Shown piece after piece: positions 1 to 10,061 of a stretch of 32,000 nt of DNA (positions within the stretch are counted from its first letter, which is position 1; every line of letters begins with the position of its first letter). The DNA comes from Blattabacterium cuenoti (lineage in GTDB: Bacteria; Bacteroidota; Bacteroidia; Flavobacteriales; Blattabacteriaceae). The notes beneath the pieces are model-generated. The model was not told where the DNA came from. It did no database searches and was given only the letters and a program-made list of their open reading frames with translations. Made by a program: the position numbers and the translations under genes. The stretch lies in NCBI GenBank assembly GCA_014251975.1, contig CP059204.1:120001-152000 (forward strand), read 5' to 3'.

Positions 1-1
1 A

Positions 2-514
2 GCAAAATCCTATTGTACAAGAGTTGGTAACGGCCCTTTCCCAACAGAAATAATTGAGGATAATTTATCTAATAAAATACGAAAAAAAGGTAATGAATAT
101 GGATCAACTACAAAAAGACCTAGAAGATGTGGATGGCTAGATTTAGTAGCTCTTAAATATTCTTGTTGTATTAATGGGATAAATTATTTAATTATTACAA
201 AATTAGATGTATTAAGTATTTTAGAATCTATTAAAGTATGTATAAAATATAAAATAAATGGAAATATTATTAATTATTACCCTTCTGATATATATAGTAA
301 AAAAATAGAATGTATTTGGAAAAAATTTCCTGGTTGGAACAAAAAAATATCTAATATTAAAAAATATAATGAATTACCTAAAAATTGTAAAAAGTATATT
401 AATTTTATAGAAAACTATTTAGATTTAAAAATACCTTTAATTTCAGTAGGTACAGAAAGAAATCAAAATATTATTAAATGTAAATCTTTATTTTTTAAAA
501 ATATTATTTTGTGA
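2..514 (+). CDS. purA: Adenylosuccinate synthetase, C-terminal part (5' end lies outside the window)
   Basis: Frame 2 is open from the window edge to TGA at 512-514. Translation ...RVGNGPFPTEIIEDNLSNKIRKKGNEYGSTTKRPRRCGWLDLVALKYS...ITKLDVL... matches the conserved GNGPFPTE and TTGRxRRCGWxD blocks of AdSS. The stop overlaps the purB GTG start (GTGA). Confidence 0.9.
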   Translation, partial: AKSYCTRVGNGPFPTEIIEDNLSNKIRKKGNEYGSTTKRPRRCGWLDLVALKYSCCINGINYLIITKLDVLSILESIKVCIKYKINGNIINYYPSDIYSKKIECIWKKFPGWNKKISNIKKYNELPKNCKKYINFIENYLDLKIPLISVGTERNQNIIKCKSLFFKNIIL

Positions 515-1953
515 ATTTAAAAAAATATCAAAACCCTTTAGTAGAACGTTATGGTAGTAAAGAAATGTTATACAATTTTTCTCCAAATAATAAATTTTTA
601 TTATGGAGAAAGTTATGGTACTATTTAGCAAAAATACAAAAAGAACTAGGAATAAATATAACTGATGAACAAATAAATGATATAAAAGATAATTTATATA
701 ATTTTAATTGGAAAAGAATAACATTTTTTGAAAAAAAATTTAGACACGATGTTATGGCACATTTATATGCATTTTGTGAATTAGCTAACAAAGCTAAACC
801 TATTTTACATTTAGGAGTAACGAGTGCTTTTTTAGGAGATAATACAGATATTATTATTATTAAAGACGGTTTAAATATTTTATTAAAAAAAATAATAAAT
901 GTTATATTTAGGCTTAGAAATTTTTCTTTAGAATATTACAATTTACCTACTCTAGCTTATACACATTATCAACCTGCTCAATTAACAACAGTTGGTAAAA
1001 GAGCTACATTATGGTTACAAAGTTTAATTTTTGATCTAGAAGAATTAGAATTTAGAACAAAAAATATTTCTTTTAGAGGTGTTAAAGGTACTGTAGGAAC
1101 AGCAGCTAGTTTTAAGGATTTATTTAATGGTAATTTAAACAAATTAAAGACTTTAGAAAAAAAAATTGCTAGTAAATTTGGATTTAAAAATATTTTTTTT
1201 GTTACAGGTCAAACTTATGATAGAAAAATAGATTGTCAAATATTAAATTTGTTGTCAAATATATCTCAATCTTCTCATAAATTTAGTAATGATATACGTT
1301 TATTACAAAATCTTGGAGAAATAGAAGAATCTTTTAATGAAAAAGAACAAATTGGATCTAGCGCTATGGCTTATAAGCGTAATCCAATACAATGTGAACG
1401 AATAGCCTCTTTGGCAAAATATGTTATTTCTGTATCTAATAGTTCATATTTTGTAGCTTCTACTCAATGGTTAGAACGTACATTGGATGATTCTGCCAAT
1501 AGGAGGATAGTAATTGGACAATCATTTTTATCTGTAGATTCTATTTTATCAATTTGGAATGATATTTTAGATAAAGTACTAATATACCCAAAAATAATAG
1601 CAAAAAATATAGAAAAAGAACTACCTTTTTTTATTACTGAATATTTAATAATAGAAAGTGTAAAAAAAGGATATAATCGTCAAAAAATTCATGAAAGAAT
1701 AAGAGTACATTCTATGCGATCCAATGAAAAAATAAAATTAAAAGGTGAAAATAATGATTTTATAAATAGAATAATACAAGATAAAAATATACCAATTGAT
1801 AAAAAAGAAATAAATAAAGTACTTGATCCAAATAATTTTACTGGGTATTCATCAGAACAAACATTAGAGTTTATTAATAAAAAAGTTAATCCAATATTAA
1901 ATAAATATTATAATTTAATTGATTTTAGCACTAAATATATAAAACGAATATAA
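511..1953 (+). CDS. purB: Adenylosuccinate lyase
   Basis: 480-aa ORF with a GTG start. It carries the fumarate-lyase superfamily signature GSSAMAYKRNP plus the HYQPAQLTTVGKR and TLDDSANRR blocks typical of PurB. Confidence 0.93.
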   Translation: MNLKKYQNPLVERYGSKEMLYNFSPNNKFLLWRKLWYYLAKIQKELGINITDEQINDIKDNLYNFNWKRITFFEKKFRHDVMAHLYAFCELANKAKPILHLGVTSAFLGDNTDIIIIKDGLNILLKKIINVIFRLRNFSLEYYNLPTLAYTHYQPAQLTTVGKRATLWLQSLIFDLEELEFRTKNISFRGVKGTVGTAASFKDLFNGNLNKLKTLEKKIASKFGFKNIFFVTGQTYDRKIDCQILNLLSNISQSSHKFSNDIRLLQNLGEIEESFNEKEQIGSSAMAYKRNPIQCERIASLAKYVISVSNSSYFVASTQWLERTLDDSANRRIVIGQSFLSVDSILSIWNDILDKVLIYPKIIAKNIEKELPFFITEYLIIESVKKGYNRQKIHERIRVHSMRSNEKIKLKGENNDFINRIIQDKNIPIDKKEINKVLDPNNFTGYSSEQTLEFINKKVNPILNKYYNLIDFSTKYIKRI

Positions 1954-2016
1954 TTATTTAAAAATTTTAAAAAGTTTTAGTCTTATTGTTTTAAAAATAT
2001 TATAATATAACAAAAA

Positions 2017-5000
2017 ATGGATTTCTTAAAAAAAAGACATTTTAGAATTTATATTTTAAAAAATACATTTCCTGATGTAGATTTATTATTATATCAGGAA
2101 TTAAAAAAATCATCTATAAAAATAAAATTGTATCATGTTTATGATTTTTTTGAAATAAATAAAAAACTACTTTATGAATGTATTAAAAAATTTCTTATTG
2201 ATCCAGTAATAGACAAGTTTTTTTATAAAAAAACTACTATAAATCCATGTTTCGAATATATATCTAAAAAGAATAATGATCGTACTATTGCAGCTATGCA
2301 ATGTATAAAAATATTAGATCCTAATTCTAATGTTATTGTTAAAACTAGATCATTAATTGAATTTATTGGTAGTACTTCAAATAAGAATATTAACTACATT
2401 AATAAATGTTTCCCATATTTATTTTTGGATTTTAATTGGAAACATTGGGATAATGAAGAAAATGTTATAAAAAAAGTAATAAAAAATAAAAATGTTAACA
2501 CAAAATATTTTTCTACTATAAAAAAATTTAATAGTTTTTCAATAAAAAAAATAAAAAAAATTCATAAAGAGTGTAATTTATCAATTAGCATAAATGATCT
2601 TATTTTTATTAAAAAATACTTCAATAAAGAAAAAAAAAATCCCACAAAATTAGAATTAAAAATATTAGATGCTTTTTGGTCAGATCATTGTAGACATACT
2701 ACTTTTTATACTCAACTAATTAATATTTCTTTTAAAGGATATTTAAAAAGTATTTATAAAAAAATTTTTACAAGATATTTAAAAGATAAAAATTTTATAA
2801 AACAATCAAATAATCCTATTACATTAATGGATCTATCTAAACTACCTTCTAAAGTATTATATAAAAAAGGAAAATTAAAACACTATGTCTTATCTTATGA
2901 AAATAATGCATCTATTATAACTACAGATGTAGTTTATAAAAATTCCTTAAAAAAAGAAAAATGGTATTTATTTTTCAAAAATGAAACTCACAATTTCCCT
3001 ACAGAAATTGATCCATTTAATGGTGCTTATACTTGCATAGGTGGTGCAATTAGAGATCCATTATCTTGTAGATCATATGTATTTCAAGGTATTAGAATAA
3101 GTGGATCAGCAAATCCCAAAAAATCAAAAATAATTAATGGAAAATTATCACAAGAAAAAATATGTTTCGAATCTGCTTGTGGATATAGTTCATATGGCAA
3201 TCAAATAGGTATAGCAACTACACATATTAATGAAATTTATAATAAAGGATATCAAGCAAAAAGAATGGAAGTTGGGGTAGTAGTAGGTGCTGCACCTAAA
3301 ACATTTGTTAAATATGAAGATCCAAAAAATGGAGATATTGTATTGTTAATAGGTGGTTTAACAGGTAAAGATGGGGTAGATGGGGCTACTAATTCATCTA
3401 AAATTATAGATAATGAAAAATGTAATATAAAAAATTCTCAATCAATTGGTAATCCATTAATAGAAAGAAAAATACAAAGATTTTTTAGAAAAAAAGAAGT
3501 TTCTTTTTTAATAAAAAAATGTAATGATTTAGGTGCAGGTGGAGCTGCAGTAGCTTTATCAGAAATACATGATAGTATTATAGTACATTTAGATAAAATA
3601 CCTATAAAAAGCAATGAAATTTTAACACCTTTAGATATAGCTTTATCTGAATCACAAGAACGTATGATTGTAATATTAGACCCAAAGAATGTAAAAAAAT
3701 TTATAAACTTATCTAACAAAGAAAACATTATTTCTGTCCCTATTGCTAAAATTACTGATAATAAAAAAATTATTTTTTTTTATAAGAAAAAAGTATGTTT
3801 TAATATAAAAAGTAAGTTTTTAAACACGAGAGGTACTAAAAAAAAGAATAAAGTTATCGTAGAATCTCCTGTTTATATTTCTCCATTTAAAAAATCAAAA
3901 AAAATATTTTTTAACGAAAGAAACTTTCTTAATAATCTTTCAAATTTAAATATTTCTTCTCAAATTAGTTTGTCAGAAATGTTTGATAGCACAGTTGGTG
4001 GTACTACAGTATTGATGCCTTTTGGAGGTAGATATCAAATGACACCTACTGAAGGAAGTGTACAAAAGATACCTGTTTTTAATGGTAGTACAAATACTGT
4101 TAGTATAGTATCTTGGGGATATCATCCTGAAGTTTCAATTTGGAGTCCATTTCATGGTGGAGCTTATTCTATAGTAGAATGTATATCTAAAATTGTATCA
4201 ATGGGTGGAGATTATAAAAATATTTATTTTAGTTTTCAAGAATATTATAAAAAATTAGGAAATGATCCCAAAAAATGGGGTGTACCTTTTTCATCTTTAT
4301 TAGGAGCATATCACGCACAAATGTCTTTAGGTTTAGCATGCATTGGGGGTAAAGACTCTATGTCAGGTACATATAAAAATTTACATGTTCCTCCTACTTT
4401 AATTGCATTTGGTATTTCTACTAATGTATCTTCTAATATAATTTCTCCTGAATTTAAAAAAGTAGGTAATAAAATTTATTTATATAATCATAGTCCATTA
4501 AAAAATGAAATTCCCAATTTTAAATCCATTAAAAATGTTTATAATCAAATATATGATGGTATTCGTAGTGGTAAAATTGTTTCAGCAAAAACAATAAAAG
4601 ATGGAGGTATATCTGTAGCTATAGCAAAAATGTCATTCGGAAATTTTTTGGGTGCAGATATAAACTTTAACGGAAGTTTGTTTGAGATAAAAATAGGATC
4701 TATTATAGTAGAATCTAATTCTACTCTATCTAATGATTTTATACTACTTGGTGAGGTGATACAAAAAAAATATATAATATTTAATAAAGTATCTATTAGT
4801 ATAGAAAAATCTGTTTATAAATGGTTAAATACTCCATTAAAACATATTTATTCTAGAAATGAAAAAAAAAGTAATAATTATAATTTAGGATCATGTAAAA
4901 ATTTATTTTTTTTACAAAAAAAAAATAATAAAATTGTAAAAAAATATAAACATGTTTTTTCAACAAAAAAGGCTGCACCACGTGTTTTTATCCCAATTTT

Positions 5001-5769
5001 TCCAGGTACAAATGGAGAATTTGAATCTATTAGAGTATTTAAAAAAGAGGGTGCAAGAATAAATACTTTTGTTTTTAATAATATGAATAATAAAAATATA
5101 ACAGAATCTATAAATTTATTTACAAAATATATAAATTCTGTACAAATTATTATGTTTTGTGGTGGTTTTAGTTATGGAGATGAACCAGATGGTGCCGCTA
5201 AATTTATTGTATCTGTATTACACAATTCTTATATTAAAGATGCAATTGAACGTTTTATTAAAAATGATGGATTAATTTTAGGCATTTGTAATGGATTTCA
5301 AGGTTTAATTAAATCTGGATTATTACCATATGGTAAAATTTGTTTAAGAAATTCTTATTCTCCTACTATTATGTATAACAAAATAAAAAAACATATTTCT
5401 CAATGTGTTTATATAAAAATAATTTCAGATAAATCTCCATGGTTAAATGGTATGAAAAATAAAATCTATATACTACCAATATCCCATGGAGAAGGTAAAT
5501 TTTACGCTAATAAAAAAACTATAAAAACGCTTTTTAAAAAAAATCAAATAGCATCACAATATGTAGATCGTAATGGAAATCCCAGTTTAAATAGAATTTA
5601 TAATCCTAATGGATCTTCATATTCAATAGAAGGTGTGTTAAGTAATAATGGTAAAATATATGGTATGATGACGCATCCAGAACGATGTTTCGATAATCAA
5701 TTATTGAAAAATATTCCTGATGTATGTGAATATCCTATTTTTAAAAATTCAGTTAAGTATTTTTTATAA
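2017..5769 (+). CDS. purL: Phosphoribosylformylglycinamidine (FGAM) synthase, single-chain large type
   Basis: 1250-aa ORF. It has the FWSDHCRHTTF motif, AIR-synthase-like repeats (GGAIRDP, GGKDSMSG) and a C-terminal triad glutaminase (GICNGFQGL, HGEGKF, MTHPER). Confidence 0.95.
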   Translation: MDFLKKRHFRIYILKNTFPDVDLLLYQELKKSSIKIKLYHVYDFFEINKKLLYECIKKFLIDPVIDKFFYKKTTINPCFEYISKKNNDRTIAAMQCIKILDPNSNVIVKTRSLIEFIGSTSNKNINYINKCFPYLFLDFNWKHWDNEENVIKKVIKNKNVNTKYFSTIKKFNSFSIKKIKKIHKECNLSISINDLIFIKKYFNKEKKNPTKLELKILDAFWSDHCRHTTFYTQLINISFKGYLKSIYKKIFTRYLKDKNFIKQSNNPITLMDLSKLPSKVLYKKGKLKHYVLSYENNASIITTDVVYKNSLKKEKWYLFFKNETHNFPTEIDPFNGAYTCIGGAIRDPLSCRSYVFQGIRISGSANPKKSKIINGKLSQEKICFESACGYSSYGNQIGIATTHINEIYNKGYQAKRMEVGVVVGAAPKTFVKYEDPKNGDIVLLIGGLTGKDGVDGATNSSKIIDNEKCNIKNSQSIGNPLIERKIQRFFRKKEVSFLIKKCNDLGAGGAAVALSEIHDSIIVHLDKIPIKSNEILTPLDIALSESQERMIVILDPKNVKKFINLSNKENIISVPIAKITDNKKIIFFYKKKVCFNIKSKFLNTRGTKKKNKVIVESPVYISPFKKSKKIFFNERNFLNNLSNLNISSQISLSEMFDSTVGGTTVLMPFGGRYQMTPTEGSVQKIPVFNGSTNTVSIVSWGYHPEVSIWSPFHGGAYSIVECISKIVSMGGDYKNIYFSFQEYYKKLGNDPKKWGVPFSSLLGAYHAQMSLGLACIGGKDSMSGTYKNLHVPPTLIAFGISTNVSSNIISPEFKKVGNKIYLYNHSPLKNEIPNFKSIKNVYNQIYDGIRSGKIVSAKTIKDGGISVAIAKMSFGNFLGADINFNGSLFEIKIGSIIVESNSTLSNDFILLGEVIQKKYIIFNKVSISIEKSVYKWLNTPLKHIYSRNEKKSNNYNLGSCKNLFFLQKKNNKIVKKYKHVFSTKKAAPRVFIPIFPGTNGEFESIRVFKKEGARINTFVFNNMNNKNITESINLFTKYINSVQIIMFCGGFSYGDEPDGAAKFIVSVLHNSYIKDAIERFIKNDGLILGICNGFQGLIKSGLLPYGKICLRNSYSPTIMYNKIKKHISQCVYIKIISDKSPWLNGMKNKIYILPISHGEGKFYANKKTIKTLFKKNQIASQYVDRNGNPSLNRIYNPNGSSYSIEGVLSNNGKIYGMMTHPERCFDNQLLKNIPDVCEYPIFKNSVKYFL

Positions 5770-5795
5770 CTTTAATATTAAATATAAATTATTAT

Positions 5796-6278
5796 ATGAA
5801 AATAGCTATATTTTGTGGGAGTATGTCCGACAGAAAATTAATGAAAAATGCTGAAGATTTATTAAAAGAGTTAAATATATTATATATATATTATATTATT
5901 TCTGCACATAGACTCCCAGATGTTTTATTAAAAACTATACAAAAAATAGAGATAAAAAAAGTAGATGTAATTATTGCAGGAGCAGGTTTGTCTGCTCATT
6001 TACCAGGTATAATATCATCTCATACATATTTACCTGTTATAGGTGTACCTATATATAATTATCCTAATCCTCTATCTGGACAAGATTCTTTATTTTCAAT
6101 GATTCAAATGCCTAAAGGGGTTCCTGTAGCTACAGTTGGTATTAATAATTCTTACAATGCTGCCTTGTTAGCTATTAGAATTTTATCTATAAAATATGAT
6201 AAAATAAAAAAACTACTATTTAAATTTAAAGAAAAAACTAGAACAAAATTAATACAAAAAATAGAAAAAAATTTATGA
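5796..6278 (+). CDS. purE: PurE (N5-CAIR mutase; motifs look class I)
   Basis: 160-aa ORF. Motifs are IFCGSMSD, SAHRLP, AGAGLSAHLPG, PVIGVP and QMPKGVPVATVG. The TGA stop overlaps the purC ATG (ATGA at 6275-6278). Confidence 0.9.
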   Translation: MKIAIFCGSMSDRKLMKNAEDLLKELNILYIYYIISAHRLPDVLLKTIQKIEIKKVDVIIAGAGLSAHLPGIISSHTYLPVIGVPIYNYPNPLSGQDSLFSMIQMPKGVPVATVGINNSYNAALLAIRILSIKYDKIKKLLFKFKEKTRTKLIQKIEKNL

Positions 6279-6994
6279 ATAAAACAGATCTTTTATCGGA
6301 AGGAAAAACTAAAAAAATATATAATACTAAAAATAATTTTGAAGTAATTATTCATTATAAAGATAATATTACTTCTTTTAATGGTAAAAAAAATGAATTA
6401 ATTTCATACAAAGGAGTATTAAATAATGAAATAAATTCATGTATATTTAAATTTTTGAATTCTTGTGGGATAAAAACTCATTTTATTAAAAAAATTAATA
6501 AAAGAGAACAGCTTTGTCATAAATTAAAAATGATACCTATAGAATTTGTTGTTAGAAACTTTATATGTGGGAGTTTGTCTAAACGTTTAAAAATAAAAGA
6601 AGGAACAAAAATTACTAATCAAATAACAGAAATATTTTATAAAAATGATAAATTAAAAGATCCATTTATTAATGATAATCATGCAGTATTTTTAGGTATA
6701 TCATCTTATAATGAATTAAATATTATTTATAAAATTATTAATAATATAAATAACTATCTTAATAAATATTTTTATAAAAAAAATATTATATTGGCAGATT
6801 TTAAAGTAGAATTTGGGAAAAATTATAAAAACGAAATATTTTTATCTGATGAAATAAGTCCTGATACATGTCGTTTATGGGATAAAATAACTATGAAAAA
6901 ATTAGATAAAGATCCGTTTAGAAAAAATATGATAAATAAAAAAGAAATATTGAATATATATACCGAAGTTTTAGAAAGATTAAATAAAGAATAG
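6275..6994 (+). CDS. purC: SAICAR synthetase
   Basis: 239-aa ORF with SEGKTKKIY, IPIEFVVRN, LADFKVEFG and DEISPDTCRLWD, as in E. coli-type PurC. Confidence 0.93.
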   Translation: MNKTDLLSEGKTKKIYNTKNNFEVIIHYKDNITSFNGKKNELISYKGVLNNEINSCIFKFLNSCGIKTHFIKKINKREQLCHKLKMIPIEFVVRNFICGSLSKRLKIKEGTKITNQITEIFYKNDKLKDPFINDNHAVFLGISSYNELNIIYKIINNINNYLNKYFYKKNIILADFKVEFGKNYKNEIFLSDEISPDTCRLWDKITMKKLDKDPFRKNMINKKEILNIYTEVLERLNKE

Positions 6995-7007
6995 TCTTTT
7001 TTTCCTA

Positions 7008-8420
7008 ATGTATCCAACTAGTTATATAAAATATTTTGATAAATTTCATGATGAATGTGGTATTTTTGGTGTTTATTCCACTATCAAAATAGATACATTC
7101 TCTTTAATTCAATTTGGTCTATTTGCATTACAACATAGAGGACAAGAAGCTTGCGGTTTTTCTATTTTAAGAGATGAATTTATTTTATCTTATAAAAATG
7201 AAGGATTAATATTGGATTTTTTTAGAAATTTATCATCAAATTCTGAATGTTATCGTGGGAATGCTGTTATTGGACATACAAGATATTCAACTACAGGAGG
7301 ACAAAGTAAAAAGAATATTCAGCCGTTTTTTGGAGAAGATAATCTAGGTAGAAGTACAATTTCTATTGTTCATAATGGTAATTTAACTAATGCTAAATAT
7401 ATTAGAAAAGATTTAGAATCTAGTGGAGTAAATTTTATTTCTGAATTTTCAGATTCAGAAGTTATTTTACGACTAATACAAAAATTTTTATTAGAATTTG
7501 ATAATAATTTAGAAATAGCTATAAAAAAAACAACAAAAAAAATTAAAGGAGCTTATTCCGTAATAGTATTAACTAAACATAAAATTGCAGCATTTAGAGA
7601 TCCAAATGGTATACGACCATTATGTTATGGATTATTAAATGAAAAAACTTATATTTTTAGTTCTGAAACTTGTGGAATAGATTCTATAGGTGGAATTTAT
7701 ATTAGAGATTTATTTCCTGGAGAAATGATTATAGTAGATAAACAATCTATAAATTATCATTTTATAATACCTCAAAAATATACAAAAAAAAGAATATGCT
7801 CTTTTGAATATATATATTTTTCTCGTCCTGATTCTTCAATTGAAAATATAAATGTTTACAAAATTCGTGAAAAAAGCGGAGAAAAATTATATGAGCAATA
7901 TCCTGTAAAAGCTGATGTTGTAATAGGTGTCCCAGATTCAGGTGTACCTGCTGCTATAGGATATTCTAAAGTTTCTGGAATACCATTCAAACCAATATTA
8001 ATTAAAAATAAATATATTGGAAGATCTTTCATATTACCTAATAAAAAAGACAGGGAAAAAATTGTTAACTTAAAATTAAATCCTATATTAAATGAAATTA
8101 AAAATAAACGAATTATAATTATAGATGATTCTATTGTACGTGGTACAACTAGTATAAGAATGGTACATATTTTAAGAAAATCAGGTGCAAAAGAAATACA
8201 TTTTAGGAGTGCCTCTCCAAGAATAATAGCACCATGTCATTTAGGTGTAGACACCCCATGTAAAAAAGAACTTTTTTCATATAAAAATATTGATAAAATT
8301 GATATGATAAGAATTTTAGACGTAGATAGTTTGGAATTTCTTAGTATGAAAAGTTTAATAGATATTTTGGGGGGTAAAAATTATTGTTTTGGATGCTTTA
8401 CTGGTAGTTATCCTATTTAA
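7008..8420 (+). CDS. purF: Amidophosphoribosyltransferase (B. subtilis-like, with propeptide and [4Fe-4S] ligands)
   Basis: 470-aa ORF. The Ntn nucleophile Cys follows a 17-residue leader (..FHDE|CGIFGV). It has GHTRYSTTG and the PRPP loop IIIIDDSIVRGTT. Cys residues in CSFEYIYF, CHLGVDTPC and CFGCFTG sit where the Fe-S ligands are in B. subtilis PurF. Confidence 0.95.
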   Translation: MYPTSYIKYFDKFHDECGIFGVYSTIKIDTFSLIQFGLFALQHRGQEACGFSILRDEFILSYKNEGLILDFFRNLSSNSECYRGNAVIGHTRYSTTGGQSKKNIQPFFGEDNLGRSTISIVHNGNLTNAKYIRKDLESSGVNFISEFSDSEVILRLIQKFLLEFDNNLEIAIKKTTKKIKGAYSVIVLTKHKIAAFRDPNGIRPLCYGLLNEKTYIFSSETCGIDSIGGIYIRDLFPGEMIIVDKQSINYHFIIPQKYTKKRICSFEYIYFSRPDSSIENINVYKIREKSGEKLYEQYPVKADVVIGVPDSGVPAAIGYSKVSGIPFKPILIKNKYIGRSFILPNKKDREKIVNLKLNPILNEIKNKRIIIIDDSIVRGTTSIRMVHILRKSGAKEIHFRSASPRIIAPCHLGVDTPCKKELFSYKNIDKIDMIRILDVDSLEFLSMKSLIDILGGKNYCFGCFTGSYPI

Positions 8421-8452
8421 TTTGTAATATTAATTATTTAATAAAATAAATT

Positions 8453-9445
8453 ATGAAAGAAAATGAAAAAAAAGTATTATATAAAATTAATAATATTATA
8501 AAAAAAACTTATAATAAAAATTCATTTAATGATATAGACCTTTTTTCTGGATTTTATAAAATGTACAAACATAAATTTAAAAAACCAGTTTTAGTTTCAA
8601 GTACTGATGGGGTAGGAACAAAAATTTGCTTGTTGATTAATTATAAAAAATATAAAATAATTGGTATAGATTGCTTTGCAATGTGTATAAATGATATTTT
8701 ATGTCACGGTGCACAGCCATTATTTTTTCTAGATTATTTGTCATGTAATAATATATATGATAAAATTATAGAACAAATAATACAAGGCATCGCGTATACT
8801 TGTAAAAAATATAATATATGTTTTATAGGCGGGGAAACTGCTGAAATGCCAGGTATTTATAGTAATAATAATAATTATGATGTAGTAGGATTTTGTGTAG
8901 GTATAGTAGAAAAAAATAAATTGATAAATGGTAAGAAGTTAATAAAAGAAAAAGATATTATAATAGGGTTTCCTTCTACAGGTATTCATAGCAATGGATT
9001 TTCTATTATAAGAAAAATTTTTTCTAAAAATGATTTTGATAAAAAATTTTTTGATAATAAACCTCTTTATGAAAGTCTAATAATACCTACTAAAATTTAT
9101 TATGATCAAATTTATATTTTATTAAAAAAATTTTCTATAAATGGAATTGCTCATATTACTGGAGGTGGTATTTTACATAACTTATCTAGAATTATACCTG
9201 AAAAATTATCAGCTTTGATTAAAAAAAAATATATTTCTATTCCATATATTTTTAAATTTATACAAAAAATTGGTAATTTATCTGATAAAATAATGTGGGA
9301 AACATTTAATATGGGTGTAGGAATGATTATTGTAGTGCCATTATTATTATTAGATTCAATTTTAAACGAATTAAAAAATATAAAAGAAAATTATTTTATA
9401 TTAGGAAAAATAATAAAAGGAAATAAAAAGGTTGTTTTAAAATAA
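8453..9445 (+). CDS. purM: AIR synthetase (phosphoribosylformylglycinamidine cyclo-ligase)
   Basis: 330-aa ORF with VSSTDGVGTK, FLDYL, GGETAEMPG, GIHSNGFS and HITGGG. Confidence 0.95.
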   Translation: MKENEKKVLYKINNIIKKTYNKNSFNDIDLFSGFYKMYKHKFKKPVLVSSTDGVGTKICLLINYKKYKIIGIDCFAMCINDILCHGAQPLFFLDYLSCNNIYDKIIEQIIQGIAYTCKKYNICFIGGETAEMPGIYSNNNNYDVVGFCVGIVEKNKLINGKKLIKEKDIIIGFPSTGIHSNGFSIIRKIFSKNDFDKKFFDNKPLYESLIIPTKIYYDQIYILLKKFSINGIAHITGGGILHNLSRIIPEKLSALIKKKYISIPYIFKFIQKIGNLSDKIMWETFNMGVGMIIVVPLLLLDSILNELKNIKENYFILGKIIKGNKKVVLK

Positions 9446-9469
9446 ATATTTATCATATTAATTGTGATA

Positions 9470-10042
9470 ATGGAAAAAAAAATAGCAATTCTAGTATCTG
9501 GTAAAGGAACAAACATGAAACATATTATAAAATATATTGATAATGGTAAACTATCTAAGTTTATAATAAGTTTGGTAATATCTGATAGAAAATGTGACGC
9601 TATCAAATACGCAATTAATAAAAATATAAAAACTTTTTCTTTAAAAAAGAATATATTTTTATCAAAAAAAATTGATAATATACTAACTATATATAATCCA
9701 AATATTATAGTACTTTCTGGATATCTTTCTATACTTGATAATAATTTTTGTAAAAAATGGAATAGAAAAATTATCAATATACATCCATCTATTTTACCAA
9801 AATATGGTGGAATTGGTATGTATGGTAAAAAAATACATAGATTAGTTTTAAAAAATAAAGATAATATATCAGGTGCTACAGTACATTTTGTAACAAAAAA
9901 TGTAGATTTAGGGGAAATAATTTTGCAAAAAACATGCAAAATAAATAAATACGAAACTATAAAAACATTATCAAAAAAAATTTCTATTATAGAATCATAT
10001 ATTTTAATTAAATCATTAAATATAATAAAAAAAATTATATAA
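9470..10042 (+). CDS. purN: GAR formyltransferase
   Basis: Motifs are IAILVSGKGTN, NIHPSILPKYGG and GATVHFVTKNVDLGEIILQ (catalytic His and Asp in place). The ORF track opens at GTG 9464 (MIMEKK). ATG 9470 (MEKKIAILVSG) aligns better with PurN N-termini, but the start is uncertain by 6 nt. Confidence 0.9.
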   Translation: MEKKIAILVSGKGTNMKHIIKYIDNGKLSKFIISLVISDRKCDAIKYAINKNIKTFSLKKNIFLSKKIDNILTIYNPNIIVLSGYLSILDNNFCKKWNRKIINIHPSILPKYGGIGMYGKKIHRLVLKNKDNISGATVHFVTKNVDLGEIILQKTCKINKYETIKTLSKKISIIESYILIKSLNIIKKII

Positions 10043-10061
10043 AAAATTTATTAATCAGTTC

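Noticed and set aside
9391-9939. A 182-aa minus-strand ORF antisense to the purM 3' end, the spacer and most of purN. This is unusually long for DNA so rich in stop-codon triplets.
   Set aside because: It lies in the antisense frame offset so that stops arise only from sense NNY-TAN or NNT-CAN junctions, and that frame is naturally open in A-ending, Lys/Asn/Ile-rich genes. Its F/I/L-rich sequence is what the complement of AAA, AAT and GAA codons produces. It has no recognisable motif and is fully embedded in two well-supported genes.
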